Shown: positions 23,690-36,109 of the stretch, piece by piece
Layout: the number at the start of each line of letters is the position of its first letter
Position numbering within the stretch: position 1 is the first letter of the stretch
Assembly: GCA_004431415.1 (NCBI GenBank)
Contig: QPMI01000294.1
Coordinates: 6,315-70,314 of the forward strand
Direction of reading: 5' to 3'
Source of the DNA: Cyanophora paradoxa CCMP329
Lineage: Eukaryota; Plantae; Glaucophyta
DNA: 64,000 nucleotides
Notes under the pieces: generated by a model
The model's input: only the letters and a program-made list of their open reading frames with translations
Database searches by the model: none
What the model was told of the DNA's origin: nothing
Program-made: the position numbers and the translations under genes

Positions 23690-26600
23690 CCACACGGCGG
23701 CCGAAAATTGTCCGCCTAGGCCCTCAGCTGCGGCACTAGAGCTGCATAACAGAACCACCAAGAGGCTGGCCGAGGAAGAAACGAAGAGAGGCCTCTCTGA
23801 TGTGCTGCCCCCAACGAAACTCCCGATCTCGACAGAGTGCGCGTGATCCGGGGAGTCGTATACCTTCGCTAAATTCGTTAGCGGAGGCGTGTGAACCTCT
23901 GCGACGAGCCAGCACGGACTTTTATTGCGGAGCCGTTCACGAGGGTAGACTGTAGAAGCTGGAAAGCTATTGGCCCTTGCGTAGACTTCACGGACCTGAG
24001 CGCGTTAAATAATTAATTATCGTTAGGCGAAACATCGTATCGAAGCAGCGTATTCGATGAATCTCACCAACTCTTTGAGCCCTGCAGCTGTCGTGCGCAA
24101 TGGCGCTCAAAGCCTATTATTGAGTACGATCGTTCTGGCTCTAAATCAAGATGGACGACGAAAGATTCCGCTGATTCGACAGCAAGCGGATCATCTGGCG
24201 TGTCTGAATGAACACTAGGCTGGAAGAAAGCATATTCTCCAAGCGTAATGTAGTATATACTTACACGATGAATACAAGACTTCAAACTTGACGGTAACGG
24301 TAGACAGGACCGAATACAGTGTGGCGGCAGATGTAGAAAAGACCATGAATAGGGAATTGGAAGTTGCTCGAATGATCAACGATTCGCTGGAAGTCCCGCC
24401 ATCTAATTTCTGGCGCAGCTTGGAGGGATTCGGCCAAGAGTCATCGAATACCTGCGATGGAATGAGAAATGCGGCACGGTCACGAAATTGGCGAGTGCCG
24501 AAAACGCACAGTTAGCATGTCCCGCTGCAGCCCAGAGGCCAAGTTAAGCGATGAGAACGCGATCGTGGCAAATCTGCCTGGCCGCGATTGAATCAACCTG
24601 CCGAGGATTTAAGACAGCGAATCTACGTACACTGGTACCGATCTACTGAGTTATCGGAAAGGTTCAACACACCAGCTTTTCGTAGCGTTTAGTTCTGCCC
24701 CGCCCCACTCGAAAACAAATATCTGATCGTCGTCTGTGGCTTCCAGCTGGGCATATTTCGAGACTTCAAGAGGCTCTGACCATGTATAAATATCAGCAAG
24801 AATAGCATCGAATGGTTTAAAATAGCATGTGAGTTGACCTGCAACATAAGATGCACTAAACCAGCCGCCTCCAGACGCAAAAATGACGAGCAACACATTG
24901 CCAGAGCTATGTACCAGGTTTTGCGAAGCTGCATCCGTCAAGTTTGAGTAAAGGGCCGTCTCCGTCACGCAGCATCCGTCATAGATCTGGCACCAGTGAA
25001 TTCACAGTTGCGATTGAGCGTTTTACGGAGTCACGAATAATTTTATAAAGCATAAACATTAATTGAAGTCACCTGCAGGCGCGTCCAGCCTCCTCCCAAT
25101 GTAAACGACAAACGAATGCGCTCCCTCTCCCTAGCCTGAACAACCCTACACACAAAATTCGTATGTCAGCAAATAAGAATGAATCCATGTGACTTATGAT
25201 TGATCGCTTTCTGATTCACCACGTCGACGTCTCAGAGCTCGAAATATTCCCGTATTGCAAGGGATCCGCAAACATCAACACACTTGCTCGATCTGTGATT
25301 AACAACCAAACAAAGCCATTCAGCCGGTCGAAAAAGCTACATTTCTTCGCGCGATCGAAAAGCAGCACCTGCTCTTAACTCGATAAGTAGGTCTGCTGCT
25401 TGCCCGTTTGACATGGACGAAAAGACAATGAATGCGACATTCGATGACGAAGCGACGTTCACGGGAGCATCAAGCTTTCCACTCGTTCGAAGAAGAATTG
25501 CCCTCGGATCGGGCCGCTCTGAGTCGTACATTTCAACGAAATCGCGGTCGATTAGCGATGAAATTGAAACGTGCGCGACGATCCGAGTTCCTGGGGGCGA
25601 CCGTATAATCCTGCATGCAGTTACATTTATTTGACCTTGGGAGGCTGAGATCACCGATCAAACCAGCTCTGGTAGAGATGCGATAGGTACCCTCCGGAGG
25701 CGCCTGTCTGCGGCCGAATGGTCTCGTATTTTCGCCCCGGTTCTTGTAGATCGAGCACGATTTCGCTCACGAAAGAGATCGCTGCAGCAAGCGTTAACCA
25801 GGATTGCAGTTTGTTCTGTCAATATTTGTGCTGCAGGCGCGTACCCTCGACGGAGTAGGCGAGCTCGAAGTCAGGACATGGAGCGACCGTGCATTCAACA
25901 ACTGCGAAGCTGGACTGTAAAGAAACGAGCCCCGAAGTAGTGGACAGAGTCGCCGCTGGCAAGTCACTTCCAATCTCAGGATATGCTTTGTCGAAAACCT
26001 GCAGCCGGATGTCGATCGATGCACTCGTTTCGCTCTGTTTCCGGATCAGCAGGATGAAATCGCGCACCATAAGCGCATTTCCAGACGCAATCGATCGTAA
26101 CCGCAGCTGCAGGACGAACTTCGTGCGCTCCCAGACCTGCGATCCATCGACAATCCTGGCAGCACATAAGCCCCAGGCACATCACAAATCTATTTCTGGG
26201 CATAGTGAACGCCGCGGATTACCATCGCAACTTGCACGTGCTTCCCGAGATATGAAGTGTCTGAATGGCAGGCCGGGCTTCAAGCACCGTGACGGGGCAC
26301 TCGAATGAGCTTGCAATCGCGAGCAGACGAAAACCCCATGCGAGGCTATCGCTCTTTTTTCGCCTTCTTTCTCCGCCGGCTCGGAACGACAAGTAGGCAA
26401 AGTTTGATGCAGTCTGGAGGGTGCGAGCATCCGTGTTCTGACCACGCAGCTGAAGGATATTTTCTTCAAGAGGTGTTGGGGATTCGTACAACTGCCTTGG
26501 GTAAGATCGCTCGTTTGTTGCCGATTAGAGAGCGATTTCTTTCACCGTGAGGCGATCCTGAATGTCTCCCAGGAGAACTCTTGCGAAATGAAAGACAAGT

Positions 26601-29116
26601 CGAAAGCCTTTTGGCGCTTCGAACACCCTGAAATGGAGATGTTCGGACCACGGCCCGGCTCGAATTAGAATTCAAACGTGACCGCGCACCAAGCATCGTC
26701 GAAGGAGGCCTGGTAGTTCATGACATCAAGCTTTGTAAGCATCTCCGTAACATTTACGACATTGTCGGCTGATCATGCATAAACAAATGAGAACGAGATG
26801 CAATGAAGGCACAAAGCGCTAATTATAGACTGATTTTGTATAACGCTAGACGAAACTGAATTCGAACGAGCTAGAAGAACTAGAATCGGAAATGAAGAAC
26901 AATCAAGAAGAAGAGTCACCAGCCATGTATTCAATGACGAACCCAGACTTGGATCCAGCTAAGGCGTCGGATGCGATCAGATAAACTGTCGCTTTGTTAC
27001 CTCGGGAAGATATCGAGACGTTTGAAGCCGTGTCGCTCCCGTGGAGGCGAAGGAGCACCCCGAAGAAGTCAGCGATCTTTTATTTGATCGCAAATGTAAT
27101 TAGAAACCCCAAATCCGAGAGAGTGGCGGCCGCGGTACCTCGATATAGTCTTCATCCTGGGCCGTCAAGCTCGACGCAGCTACGAGTCTCATGACAATCT
27201 TGCGGCCTGGGGGAGCAACAATCTCCCTGCAGAAAGGCGAGCATCATGACCATAATACAGCGCGCAGCATTCATTTTCTGGCGCGAGCACTGAGCACGCA
27301 CCACTTCCGCGTAATGAGAGATGTATGCGCGCTGAGATAGCTTTGTTCAAACCGTATTGTTTTTTGAACGTCAGACGCTTCAAGAACCGTCACTGCGAGA
27401 ATGAAATTAACTTTGATCTCAAGCGCCATGACGGGTTTCGTTCAATAAGGAATATATCCCTTACCGTATTGAGCCCATCCGTCTAGCATTGACAACTCCG
27501 AAAACTCGGCCCCGCTAGCACTTTCCAGTTGGAAACTGACAAGAAGAGCTCGCTGGGGACCAGTGCTTCTGAACACAAGCGACGAGTATTGCTCCAGCAT
27601 CTGCTCTGTTGTTCCACTGAAGTGCACAAGAACGGGAGAGGAAGGATCGACGCCATCGTAAATCTGAACAGTTTGTCAGTGTCTAAACCTTTAAATCAAA
27701 GCAGAAATAAATAGAGTACCGAAAGAAAAATCTGGGGGCTCGAGGCGATGCTGGAAATATTTAGCTCGGCACATGCGCCCTCCGGTGCGGTGATTAGCCT
27801 AGCCGAAGCATGCGTGAGATATCGCAACGGCATTGCGGCATTATATGATCACGCAGCGAATCAAGTCACCATTTGCCCACTTCACGCGAGAAAGGAGTAA
27901 TCTCGAGAAAGATGTGAGCGCGCGTGGCATTTTCGTGAAGAGAAATCGCTTTGATGGTCTCGGAAACTGCACTCGGCGTAATCAAATAAGCCTCGCAAAA
28001 AAAGCTTTAGGCACGTGGCTCAGTAGTCGCACCTGCGGTGACTCTAAGTGCTACCCTCGTGCTTGGCCCCGATGCCCAGAGGGTCGCAAAAAGCGAGTTC
28101 GATGAGCTCGTGATTGCCTTTCCAGAGCGATCACGTGCACCATCGATCACCCAAAGGGTCTTGCTTCGATCGATCATGTCTCCCTCGTAAATCTGCAGCG
28201 CCGTAGCGGATTACGCCTTCTTCGAATGCTGGGGACCGGAGTGGATTGAAAGCTGTATCAAAGCACCATTAAATGATCAGGGCTTTCGATTTCGAGAGAA
28301 GTATTCAAAACCTCCAGACGGATGCGATGGGCACGGCCAGCCGAGATCGACCTGATAATAATAAAGAGCACGATTATTAAATCCAGATCCTTCAACGAAT
28401 CGTCCGCTGAACGAACCAAGCAGCGGCCTGCAGTGTTGTCGCTGGTTGCGAGGGGTTCTGGCAAGTCAAATTTACGCTCTCGCCTTCCTGAAGCTGGACT
28501 TCCTCGACCCCAACTGCGGATTCATGAGAGAAGCGAATAGAACTATGATAAACAGTGCGACGACTAGAGAAAACAAAGCTAGAGCATGTTTGGAAACGGC
28601 GCACTGAAGTACGCCTCCGCACGGAACTGCGTCGCGGCGAGGCCCCTCTCGGATTCGAACACGACATGAAGTGCGTTCGTGCGATAGTAGCTGTACACCG
28701 CGGTGGTGCCAATGTGAGCCTTTAGCATAGACAGGTCTCCGGTGAATGGCGATGGCGGCAGTCTCTCTCCAAAGGCGTCGGGGCCGTTGTATATCTACTT
28801 GCACCGAAAGTTAGAGAGCTTTTCTCTGCACCGACATACCGCGAAAGAATATTACTGCACGCACCGAAATGGATGTGGAACCTGCTGTCATCGACAAGCT
28901 TGTGAAATTGAAAACCACCACAGAGCTTTTCGGTGCAATGATAGTCCACCGGTACCTGTCCAAAGTACCGTAGCCCTCGACCGCGTCGACGGGCGGAAAT
29001 TGAATGTTCTCCCTCGGGTTTCTCGGAGAGAGGGTCAGGACAGATCTAAAGGAGTCTTCAACGTTTGTGCTGAGACCTATTGCTGTGAAACTGGATGCAT
29101 CTGCATAACAAATCAT
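23690..29116 (-). CDS. Host large surface protein, tandem CUB-like domain exons
   Basis: YRWTIIAPKSSVVVFNFTSLSM; RIIRSPPG..DFVEMYD..SG..VASSSNVAFIVFSS; VHSSGNVLLVIFASGGGWFSASY. Many short introns, limits approximate. Confidence 0.65.
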
Positions 29117-29164
29117 GATAAATCAATTCAAGATCGGGAATCAGACTGCTCTAGCGAGATGATG

Positions 29165-30256
29165 TTAAGATTTTCGATTCGTACCTCCCGATCCCCATAC
29201 TTCGAATGGAGACAGGAAGGGGACGCTAGTGCTTTCCGTGGTCTGGTTAAGTACGAATAATTGCGCGGTTCGATTGCTCCAGGACAGCAAGTGGCGTCCA
29301 TCCGGCGATAGGGCCAGAAACTCGACGGGCGATCGTCGAGATTCATCTGAAAATGTGGCGAGAAGCTCTCCTGTTGCCGTAGAGAACGCCCGCGCAAGGC
29401 CGTCGAGGCTAGCGGTGAAGAGCACACGCGCATCTGGCGATAGCGTAATCGCGGATACGCCCGCCGCATGGCCCGTCAACGCATGCAGCCTTCTCCCGTC
29501 TGCAACCCACCAAATGTACACAAGCGGCTCCGCCAGCTGCGTGAACCCAGTTCGCGATGGCTCCACCGCAGCAGCGGCAAGGAATCCGTCCCTAGATAAT
29601 GCAACGGCGGTGACCGGACGCTCCGATTCCATGATGAGCTTCCTGCTGAATTGTGTGTTGAGAATGAAAACTTTGACCGTGCCGTCGGCGCCTCCAGAGA
29701 GAAGAAGCGTGCCGTTAGCTGAAAGTGCTATAGCCCGAATCGGCGAGCCGCCATGGGCTTTGTCCAATGGCCCTTGATCCGCGCCACGACCTGTCCTGAC
29801 ATCCCGAACCACAATGCTGCCGTCGTCTCCGGCGGTAGCAAAGAGGCCTGACTGGGAGAACGCGGCCGCGTTAACTGCTCTCGAGTGCGGTTGTGTGCGC
29901 ATGCCGATGTTTAGCCCCGACGCAAGGAACCACAGCCTGGCCAGCTTATCCGAGCCTGCAGATAGAAGTAAAGCGCTGTCGGCTGAAATGTCGACAGCGT
30001 TTACTCTTCCCGAGTGCGCAGGAAGCTGAGAGGCCAGCGCGCCAGACAACGGGTCCCAGAGCTGGACCGTGCCGTCGCTTGCTCCGGTCACGATGACGCC
30101 ATCCGCAGCGCCAGCCGCGCCCCATTTCAAGGCAGTCACTTGCTTTGAAGTCGCAAGGGCCAGCGTCCTTTGAGGAGCAGAGTGCGAAGCAAGAGACAGG
30201 AGTGCGACGTCAAGGCCAAAAGTCCGGTTTTCCGAGTTGGGACCTGTGCATCGCAC
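29165..30256 (-). CDS. WD40-repeat beta-propeller exon
   Basis: About 7 repeats with H..V.A..S.D..L.SG..D..V.LW patterns (e.g. HSGRVNAVDISADSALLLSAGSDKLARLW). Confidence 0.9.
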   Translation of the reverse strand: MRCTGPNSENRTFGLDVALLSLASHSAPQRTLALATSKQVTALKWGAAGAADGVIVTGASDGTVQLWDPLSGALASQLPAHSGRVNAVDISADSALLLSAGSDKLARLWFLASGLNIGMRTQPHSRAVNAAAFSQSGLFATAGDDGSIVVRDVRTGRGADQGPLDKAHGGSPIRAIALSANGTLLLSGGADGTVKVFILNTQFSRKLIMESERPVTAVALSRDGFLAAAAVEPSRTGFTQLAEPLVYIWWVADGRRLHALTGHAAGVSAITLSPDARVLFTASLDGLARAFSTATGELLATFSDESRRSPVEFLALSPDGRHLLSWSNRTAQLFVLNQTTESTSVPFLSPFEVWGSGGTNRKS

Positions 30257-30273
30257 GGGTCACGAACGCATAT

Positions 30274-31630
30274 TCAAGTTCGCTGCTTTAAATTTGGCAT
30301 GCTCGTGCCTGTCACGACGACGTAATACTGTTGTTCTGCGACGACGGGGGCCTTTAAGGTCGCAGCTTGCGGATTCAAAGTGCATTCTGCACTAGTACCG
30401 TTTCCTGCAATGGACCGGCTGGGACCTTGGCATTTTCGATAATGAGTGAAATAAAGTAGAAGCGCACCTGCTTGAGCAACGATCGAAGAGTCTGAAAATG
30501 AAGCAATCGGGCAGGCGTTCGCATCAAGGAGCAGGATAGAGGAGCTGAAGTTCGTGGTCGGCGAGCACGTGGAGAAAATGAGCAACCTACGGAGAGCGCA
30601 AATGCAATGAACACAGTACTGTACTAGCTATATAGAGGGAACGAACGAAAACGAAAGATGCTCATACCCTGTGCGAGGGGGAACAAAGCTGAACCACGCC
30701 TCACCTGCTCCGCTATCGTTGCGCGCAAGGTACGCTGGTCCGAGCATTTGAGTGATCGACACGGAAACGCCAACGCGGAATGCGTTGGAGCAGGGAACAA
30801 ATGTGCTGTTTGGTGCGGGTAGAGGGGAAGGGGATGGTGTCGGAGAGGGCGGCGTTCGCGGCTCTTCGATTTCAACAGAGAGACCGAAGTTGCCCTCGTG
30901 CCTGTCCTGGTACCCTGGAGTAATTTTAAGCGAACGTCGGGGCTGAAAGAGCATGCAAGGTCTGGGTCTCCTTTCGATTCCTCAGATTATTGAAAGTATT
31001 ACCTTTTACAACGATGTAGAATACGGATCCGTTCTCAACCCGCGCAGAGAGCTGCGAGCAGCAGATAGAGTTTTCTACACATGTTCCCTTGTCGAAGTCA
31101 TCTGTGCGAGTGAGCATGCACAACACTTACGTAAGCTCTCAAGTGCGAGAAATTCGCTGACTTGCTTTAAAGCGTTTCTTATCATTTATTGGAGTGTGTT
31201 TTTATGCTCACCGTTTTTTGCAATGAGAGCTTCGTCCACGGAAATCGAAGCCACTGGACACGCTGAAGCAGAGAACAGCGCCAAGATCGTGTCGAAAGCA
31301 GTGAGGGAAGAGCAGGCAGAGATGACAGCGGTGCTGCGGCGCCCCATTTCGGTATGAAATATAGTAATTCCACACACATCCGTCACATGCAGGGGCCCGG
31401 GCGATTGCGAACCCAGATCTCGAGGGGACGAAGCGAAACCAGGCCTCGCCGGATTTTGATTGAAGGTCTTTATCGATACCGAAGGGTAAAAACGATGGAC
31501 GCCCTTTCGTCGTTCCGTTTACGAGGGCGGGCGCGTCGATTGGTACCGCCAGGACGCAGGGCTCAACGAAAGGGGTTGGCGTGGGGCTCGCGGAAGGGGT
31601 TGGCGCGGGGCTCGCGGGAGGCTCAACGTA
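30274..31630 (-). CDS. Two PPC-like (pre-peptidase C-terminal-like) repeats with Pro-rich linkers
   Basis: GEAWFRFVPSRSG / GEAWFSFVPPRTG; ISACSSLTAFDTILALF / FSTCSPTTNFSSSILLL; FYIVVKG / YYVVVTG; PSPTPSP linkers. Confidence 0.55.
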
Positions 31631-31706
31631 GATAAGCCATTCCTGCTCTGTGTGACCTGCAAGGCGTTCTAAGCATCGAACAATATGCCTAGGTACATAT
31701 ATGCCT

Positions 31707-33210
31707 TCAAATTATCCAGGGAGCGCCAGAGCACTCACTGTCGTCGTTCTTTTGAAATGAAACCCACATGTTGCTGTTGACGTAGCTGGTGCCTCCACCG
31801 CCGCTAGTGATAACCATTGATGATTTTATATAGGTGTACACCCCGATAGGAGGCGTGAGGGCAGCGCCTTGGTCCGATCTCGGGGAAATTCTCAGAGTTC
31901 CCTGCTCGTCCACAGAGTGCGTTATAATTGAAGTTCGATATTATACTGCGCACGCAAGGCGACAGGCCTAGGCGCACGCGGTTTCCGTTGTACTGAATCC
32001 TTTGGAGCTGATCCCATGCGTTGTCGAAGTACCAGCTGCTGATCTATGTGCAACGTCATGAAGCCATTGCGATTTTCACCCTTTTTGACCTTCTCACTTA
32101 CTGCATTGTTGCGGGCCTCCTGTTGCGTCAGCGGTGCTGTGCCACTGCGGGGGACAGGGGAGGTTCAGTGATTTCAATTAGAGGTTCGACGCAAACGTAT
32201 ATATACGTACAGAATGTCCAGCACCCAGCCTGTTGATCATGAAGTACAGTGCGAGCCATGTGCACATGTACGGTTATTGCTGCAGCTGCGCATACACACA
32301 TCGCAATTGCGCACCCCACTTCGTATACAGCACGGAGTAGGTGCTGTTGAACTCCGCGGGCATGTCTGTGAAGGTAATGCACGCTCCGTAGCAATTTGTT
32401 GATAATACCGAACAGGTTATAGCGCCCACTGCTGTACATTGCTGGAGCTGAAACCCGTTCGAGCAGAGCCCGCGCTTGGTAACCGGTGCGGGGCACATTC
32501 TCTTGAAGAGCTGGGAGTCGCTCTGGGGGCTGCCCGACGCTGCACGCGCGATAGGACGTTAACCTTGCGAAAGCTGAAGTTTCAATCGTTGCGCTCACAG
32601 GTGTTGCACTTCGTGACAGTCCTGCGCAGATCAACCGGCATCAATGTCAGCGGCCCTCCACATGGACAAGAGAACGTTAACGCGCTCGCGTTTATACGAC
32701 GCGAACCATTTAGCAGTAGTTGCAGAGGTCGATGTAAGGCAGTAGCTGCGGCGCTGACTTCAATGCGGCGGCCACTGCGAGGCAGCGGACCAGCCGGCGC
32801 CATCGCGAGAACCTAACCTCGGATCGTACGCGTTGACGAGCTTGAACCAGACGTTCTCATCAGGGACGACGGTCGTGAGATTGACTGTCACGTCCCCCCA
32901 GGTGGCCTTGTATTCTGCGGGATGCGTGATCACGATCATTAGGAAGCGCCTGCAAAATATTAAAATAGGCGCACTTGGTGACGTTCTAGTTCCGAAAATC
33001 GGCGAAGCCTGCTTGCCAGGGATTGTGCCGTTGCACTTGAAGTACGGCTCCCTCGGAATCGCAGGACAATCTGTGTTAACAGAAGATCAGCGACAGTCTT
33101 CAAGACTGCGCATCGCTCTCATCGCGATAGCTTCGAATCTCCGCACCCGCGCCCAGAGCCCTCGCGCGAATTGTGAAACCCTTGTAGAACCGCGTGGGGT
33201 CGCCTCCAAG
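31707..33210 (-). CDS. Host exons downstream of the PLV-2 insertion (CUB-like and Cys-rich segments)
   Basis: LGGDPTRFYKGFTIRARA continues the exon from 44457; SYVNSNMWVSF; Cys-rich stretches. Limits approximate. Confidence 0.55.
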
Positions 33211-33489
33211 AAAAAAATGGTAAAGTGGGGCTACTGTCACCACATCGATTAATTCCCAATATATCAAACAATCCCAATCAAAATCCTCTCGATTCTCAGT
33301 CTTTACCAATCAGAATTCAACAAATTCTCAGTCTCTCAATCACAATTAATCGAAGTTATATCTTAAATTAATTAATCGAAGTTATATCATTATCTCGATT
33401 CATTATATTTAATCGAAGTTATATCTTAAATCTTATTTATCGAAGTTATATCATAATCTCGATTAATTATATTTAATCGAAGTTATATC
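33211..33489 (+). repeat. Left terminal inverted repeat of PLV-2
   Basis: AAAAAAATGGTAAAGTGGGGCTACTGTCACC... matches the reverse complement of 44211-44450, apart from one 37-bp repeat unit and the terminal A-run length. Confidence 0.95.
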
Positions 33490-33602
33490 AATATCTCGAT
33501 TAGTTATATTCAATCGAAGTTATATCAATTTTAAACGTAATCAAATTTTGACCGATCCAAAAAAATGACGACTGTTTTTAAATTAACCATATCGATCTGT
33601 AA

Positions 33603-33896
33603 ATGACCACCATAATACCAGAAGATGTTGAAGAGATTCTTCAAGATATGCCCATAATTCCAGATGAGCAACAATTAAGCAAATTGATTGAGAAAACCGC
33701 TAATAGTGCTGGTTTAAATGTTAACAAACTACCAAGCAAATATAAAACAAATCTTATGAAAGGCTTCTTATCTACCATGGAAACTATGAACACACACCAA
33801 TACTCACAAATATTAGAAAAAAGACACGATGTAAACCATACACGCTGTAAATTACGTAGGAAATTGATTTTGAAAAACGCAATGGACACGAAATGA
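33603..33896 (+). CDS. Hypothetical viral protein (97 aa)
   Basis: ATG-initiated ORF between the TIR and the ATPase, convergent with the ATPase. Confidence 0.6.
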   Translation: MTTIIPEDVEEILQDMPIIPDEQQLSKLIEKTANSAGLNVNKLPSKYKTNLMKGFLSTMETMNTHQYSQILEKRHDVNHTRCKLRRKLILKNAMDTK

Positions 33897-33917
33897 GTTT
33901 CAAACATTCCTTGTTAT

Positions 33918-34685
33918 CTAAACCGTTATTGTTGTGGGTTCATTACTAATTCGTATTGATTCTCTCTTTTTTATCGCTCGTCTCTTAACAAACTTCTTAA
34001 AGCCTTTCATATCATCATCTGTTAATATTGCGCGGTCTGTGTATACTTTGATATCATACCCTTGCAATCCAGTTATGACTGTTTGGTAATTGTAACCCCA
34101 CATTTTATGTAACTCTTTGTAGGTCTTTTTATCAAGACCCCCATTATACTCATCATAAGCGCAGTTAAACTCCTTCTCATTCCCAAGAATATTGAAAAAT
34201 ACTACGAACTCAACATTTCGACGAATTGTAGTAGAAATAGAGCATAAACGTTGAGTATTAATAATTACTGTAATCGAATAATGACGGGCTGTCGTGATCA
34301 GTTTAGATAACACAGCCGAATTATGCATATCTAAATTGGAACCGATCATATCATCAAGTATAATAACAAGATTGTTGCGTTTTTCATTATTTTCAATTCG
34401 TTTCTTTTGCATGCTAATGAGTTTCACTACTACATTATCGTCCCATTCCTCATAGATATTATCAGGATGCGTTATATCTCTGAACTGACCTGTAAATGCA
34501 GTAGAACTAAAAACTACAATCTGATCGATCTTATCCCTCAGTTCATAAAGTAGATATTTGCAGTAGGTTGTTTTTCCCGAGTTGCTGCGCCCGCAAAGTA
34601 AAAAACGCGTGCTTAACTTTACTGTTCTTGCAGGCTCAAACTCTGGGATGTCGTTCAAATCAATATCCATTCCTGTGTTATCCAT
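33918..34685 (-). CDS. A32-like packaging ATPase
   Basis: Walker A GRSNSGKT, Walker B IILDD, TARHYSIT, NTQ and IRRN. ATG at 34685 preferred over the upstream GTG. Confidence 0.93.
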   Translation of the reverse strand: MDNTGMDIDLNDIPEFEPARTVKLSTRFLLCGRSNSGKTTYCKYLLYELRDKIDQIVVFSSTAFTGQFRDITHPDNIYEEWDDNVVVKLISMQKKRIENNEKRNNLVIILDDMIGSNLDMHNSAVLSKLITTARHYSITVIINTQRLCSISTTIRRNVEFVVFFNILGNEKEFNCAYDEYNGGLDKKTYKELHKMWGYNYQTVITGLQGYDIKVYTDRAILTDDDMKGFKKFVKRRAIKKRESIRISNEPTTITV

Positions 34686-34831
34686 TACAGTAATAAGATA
34701 AAAAACAAAATAAACCACTTAGCGCATGCAAGGCATGCTTGTCATGCCGACCCTACTACTTTTGCGCTTCCTACTCTAACGAAAGAAAAGAATCTACTTC
34801 CTTCGGTCGTTGCGCGCGGGCGAAACCGCGC

Positions 34832-36057
34832 TTAGAAGTTCGAGACTTTCAGGGTAGAAATGTTGTAGCCATTGAGGACCATAACATTGTGTCGTAGGGC
34901 ATAGATATCAACCTGAACAGGAGCAGCATCAGTGCATCCCGAAACAGTGAGATCCATGTAACTGGAACTGCTGTTGAAGAAATCCTGGTAACCATAACAC
35001 TGTTCCGAAGCGAATCTTTTCCAGATTTGGAAAGAACGATTCCGTAAATATTTCCATTCTCGAATCCATAAGTAGTATTGCCAACAGTAACACCCTTGTA
35101 ATGAGAAGGAATGTGATTGATAGCCGAGAGGAAACCAGAAATGGGTTTGTTGGAGATATCGAGGGAGCGATTGTTGTGGAAGATCTGGAACTGATCGATC
35201 TTAACATCCGATACATGACCACAGAAATCCGAGTGAGTGTAGGTATTTAGTTTGTTCACCTCTCGAACAGTCATGAGAATTGAATGAACCAGTCCGGAAA
35301 CATTAGCGAGTGTAACCTCAACCGATTCACCAGCATCAGCGGTTTTGAGCGCTCGTGTCTTCTTGTGGATGACCTCTGTGATCGGAATGCGAATGCCACC
35401 TTGTTCATTTGCCATTTTCAAAAGTGTCTCAGCCTCAGCCGAAGCGATGTTTACGAATTGACAGATCAGGGAGCAATCTGAAAAGGTAACAGATCCACCG
35501 GCAGGAACTTTGACAATTGCAGCATCACGGAAATCAACCTCGATTGTTGGCATATCAGCCAGAGTGCATAGTGGAAAATAGGCATCATCCCAGAAAGCAG
35601 CCGGGATTTTAACGATGTATTCCATAGCCTCATCTGTGCTTTCACGATCAAGTTCTTTGAAGTAACCGAGAGAAGCATACATGCTGCTCATTGTAGCATG
35701 ATCATTATCAATCAGAGCGTTAACAGTAATCCAGTCACCAGGGATGATATACTTGAAACCACCATGAACAAAGCGGACCTCATTAATAAAGGAAGAACCA
35801 CCATTAGGGAGGGTGCAGGCTACACCACCACCAGTGGCAATCTTGAAATAGAGTGAAACACCAGCAAGGAGTTGTTTGCGAGGTAGATCGAAGTAAGCGG
35901 TATTCTTAAAGCCAAAAGTATTGCCTCGGGGACGAACTTGCTCGAGGAATGGTTTGTACTTGGGGTTGGTTCCGATTTGGAGACCAGGGGAAAGATAAAT
36001 TTGATCAGAACCGGGAGTAACGAGGAGTTCCTTAAGGGTAGTTCCAGTGAGTGCCAT
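34832..36057 (-). CDS. Major capsid protein (~408 aa); frameshift near 34995
   Basis: Beta-rich; FGFKNTAYFDLPRKQLLAGVSLYF and FINEVRF resemble double jelly-roll MCP N-termini. The shifted frame GYQDFFNSSSSYMDL...VDIYALRHNVMVL..NF* matches the PLV-1 MCP C-terminus. Confidence 0.85.
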
Positions 36058-36109
36058 CTCTTATGTTTAAAATACCAAAAGAAATTTTTAAAATGCTTTA
36101 TTAAACAGA

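Noticed and set aside
23136-23693. Possible PIN (VLDANVL) or degenerate RING protein
   Set aside because: The motifs are incomplete, and the region appears to mix exons and introns of the large surface-protein gene.
33348-33527. CRISPR-like array
   Set aside because: The repeats are only 13-15 bp, the spacers resemble each other, the array lies in a TIR, and there are no cas genes.
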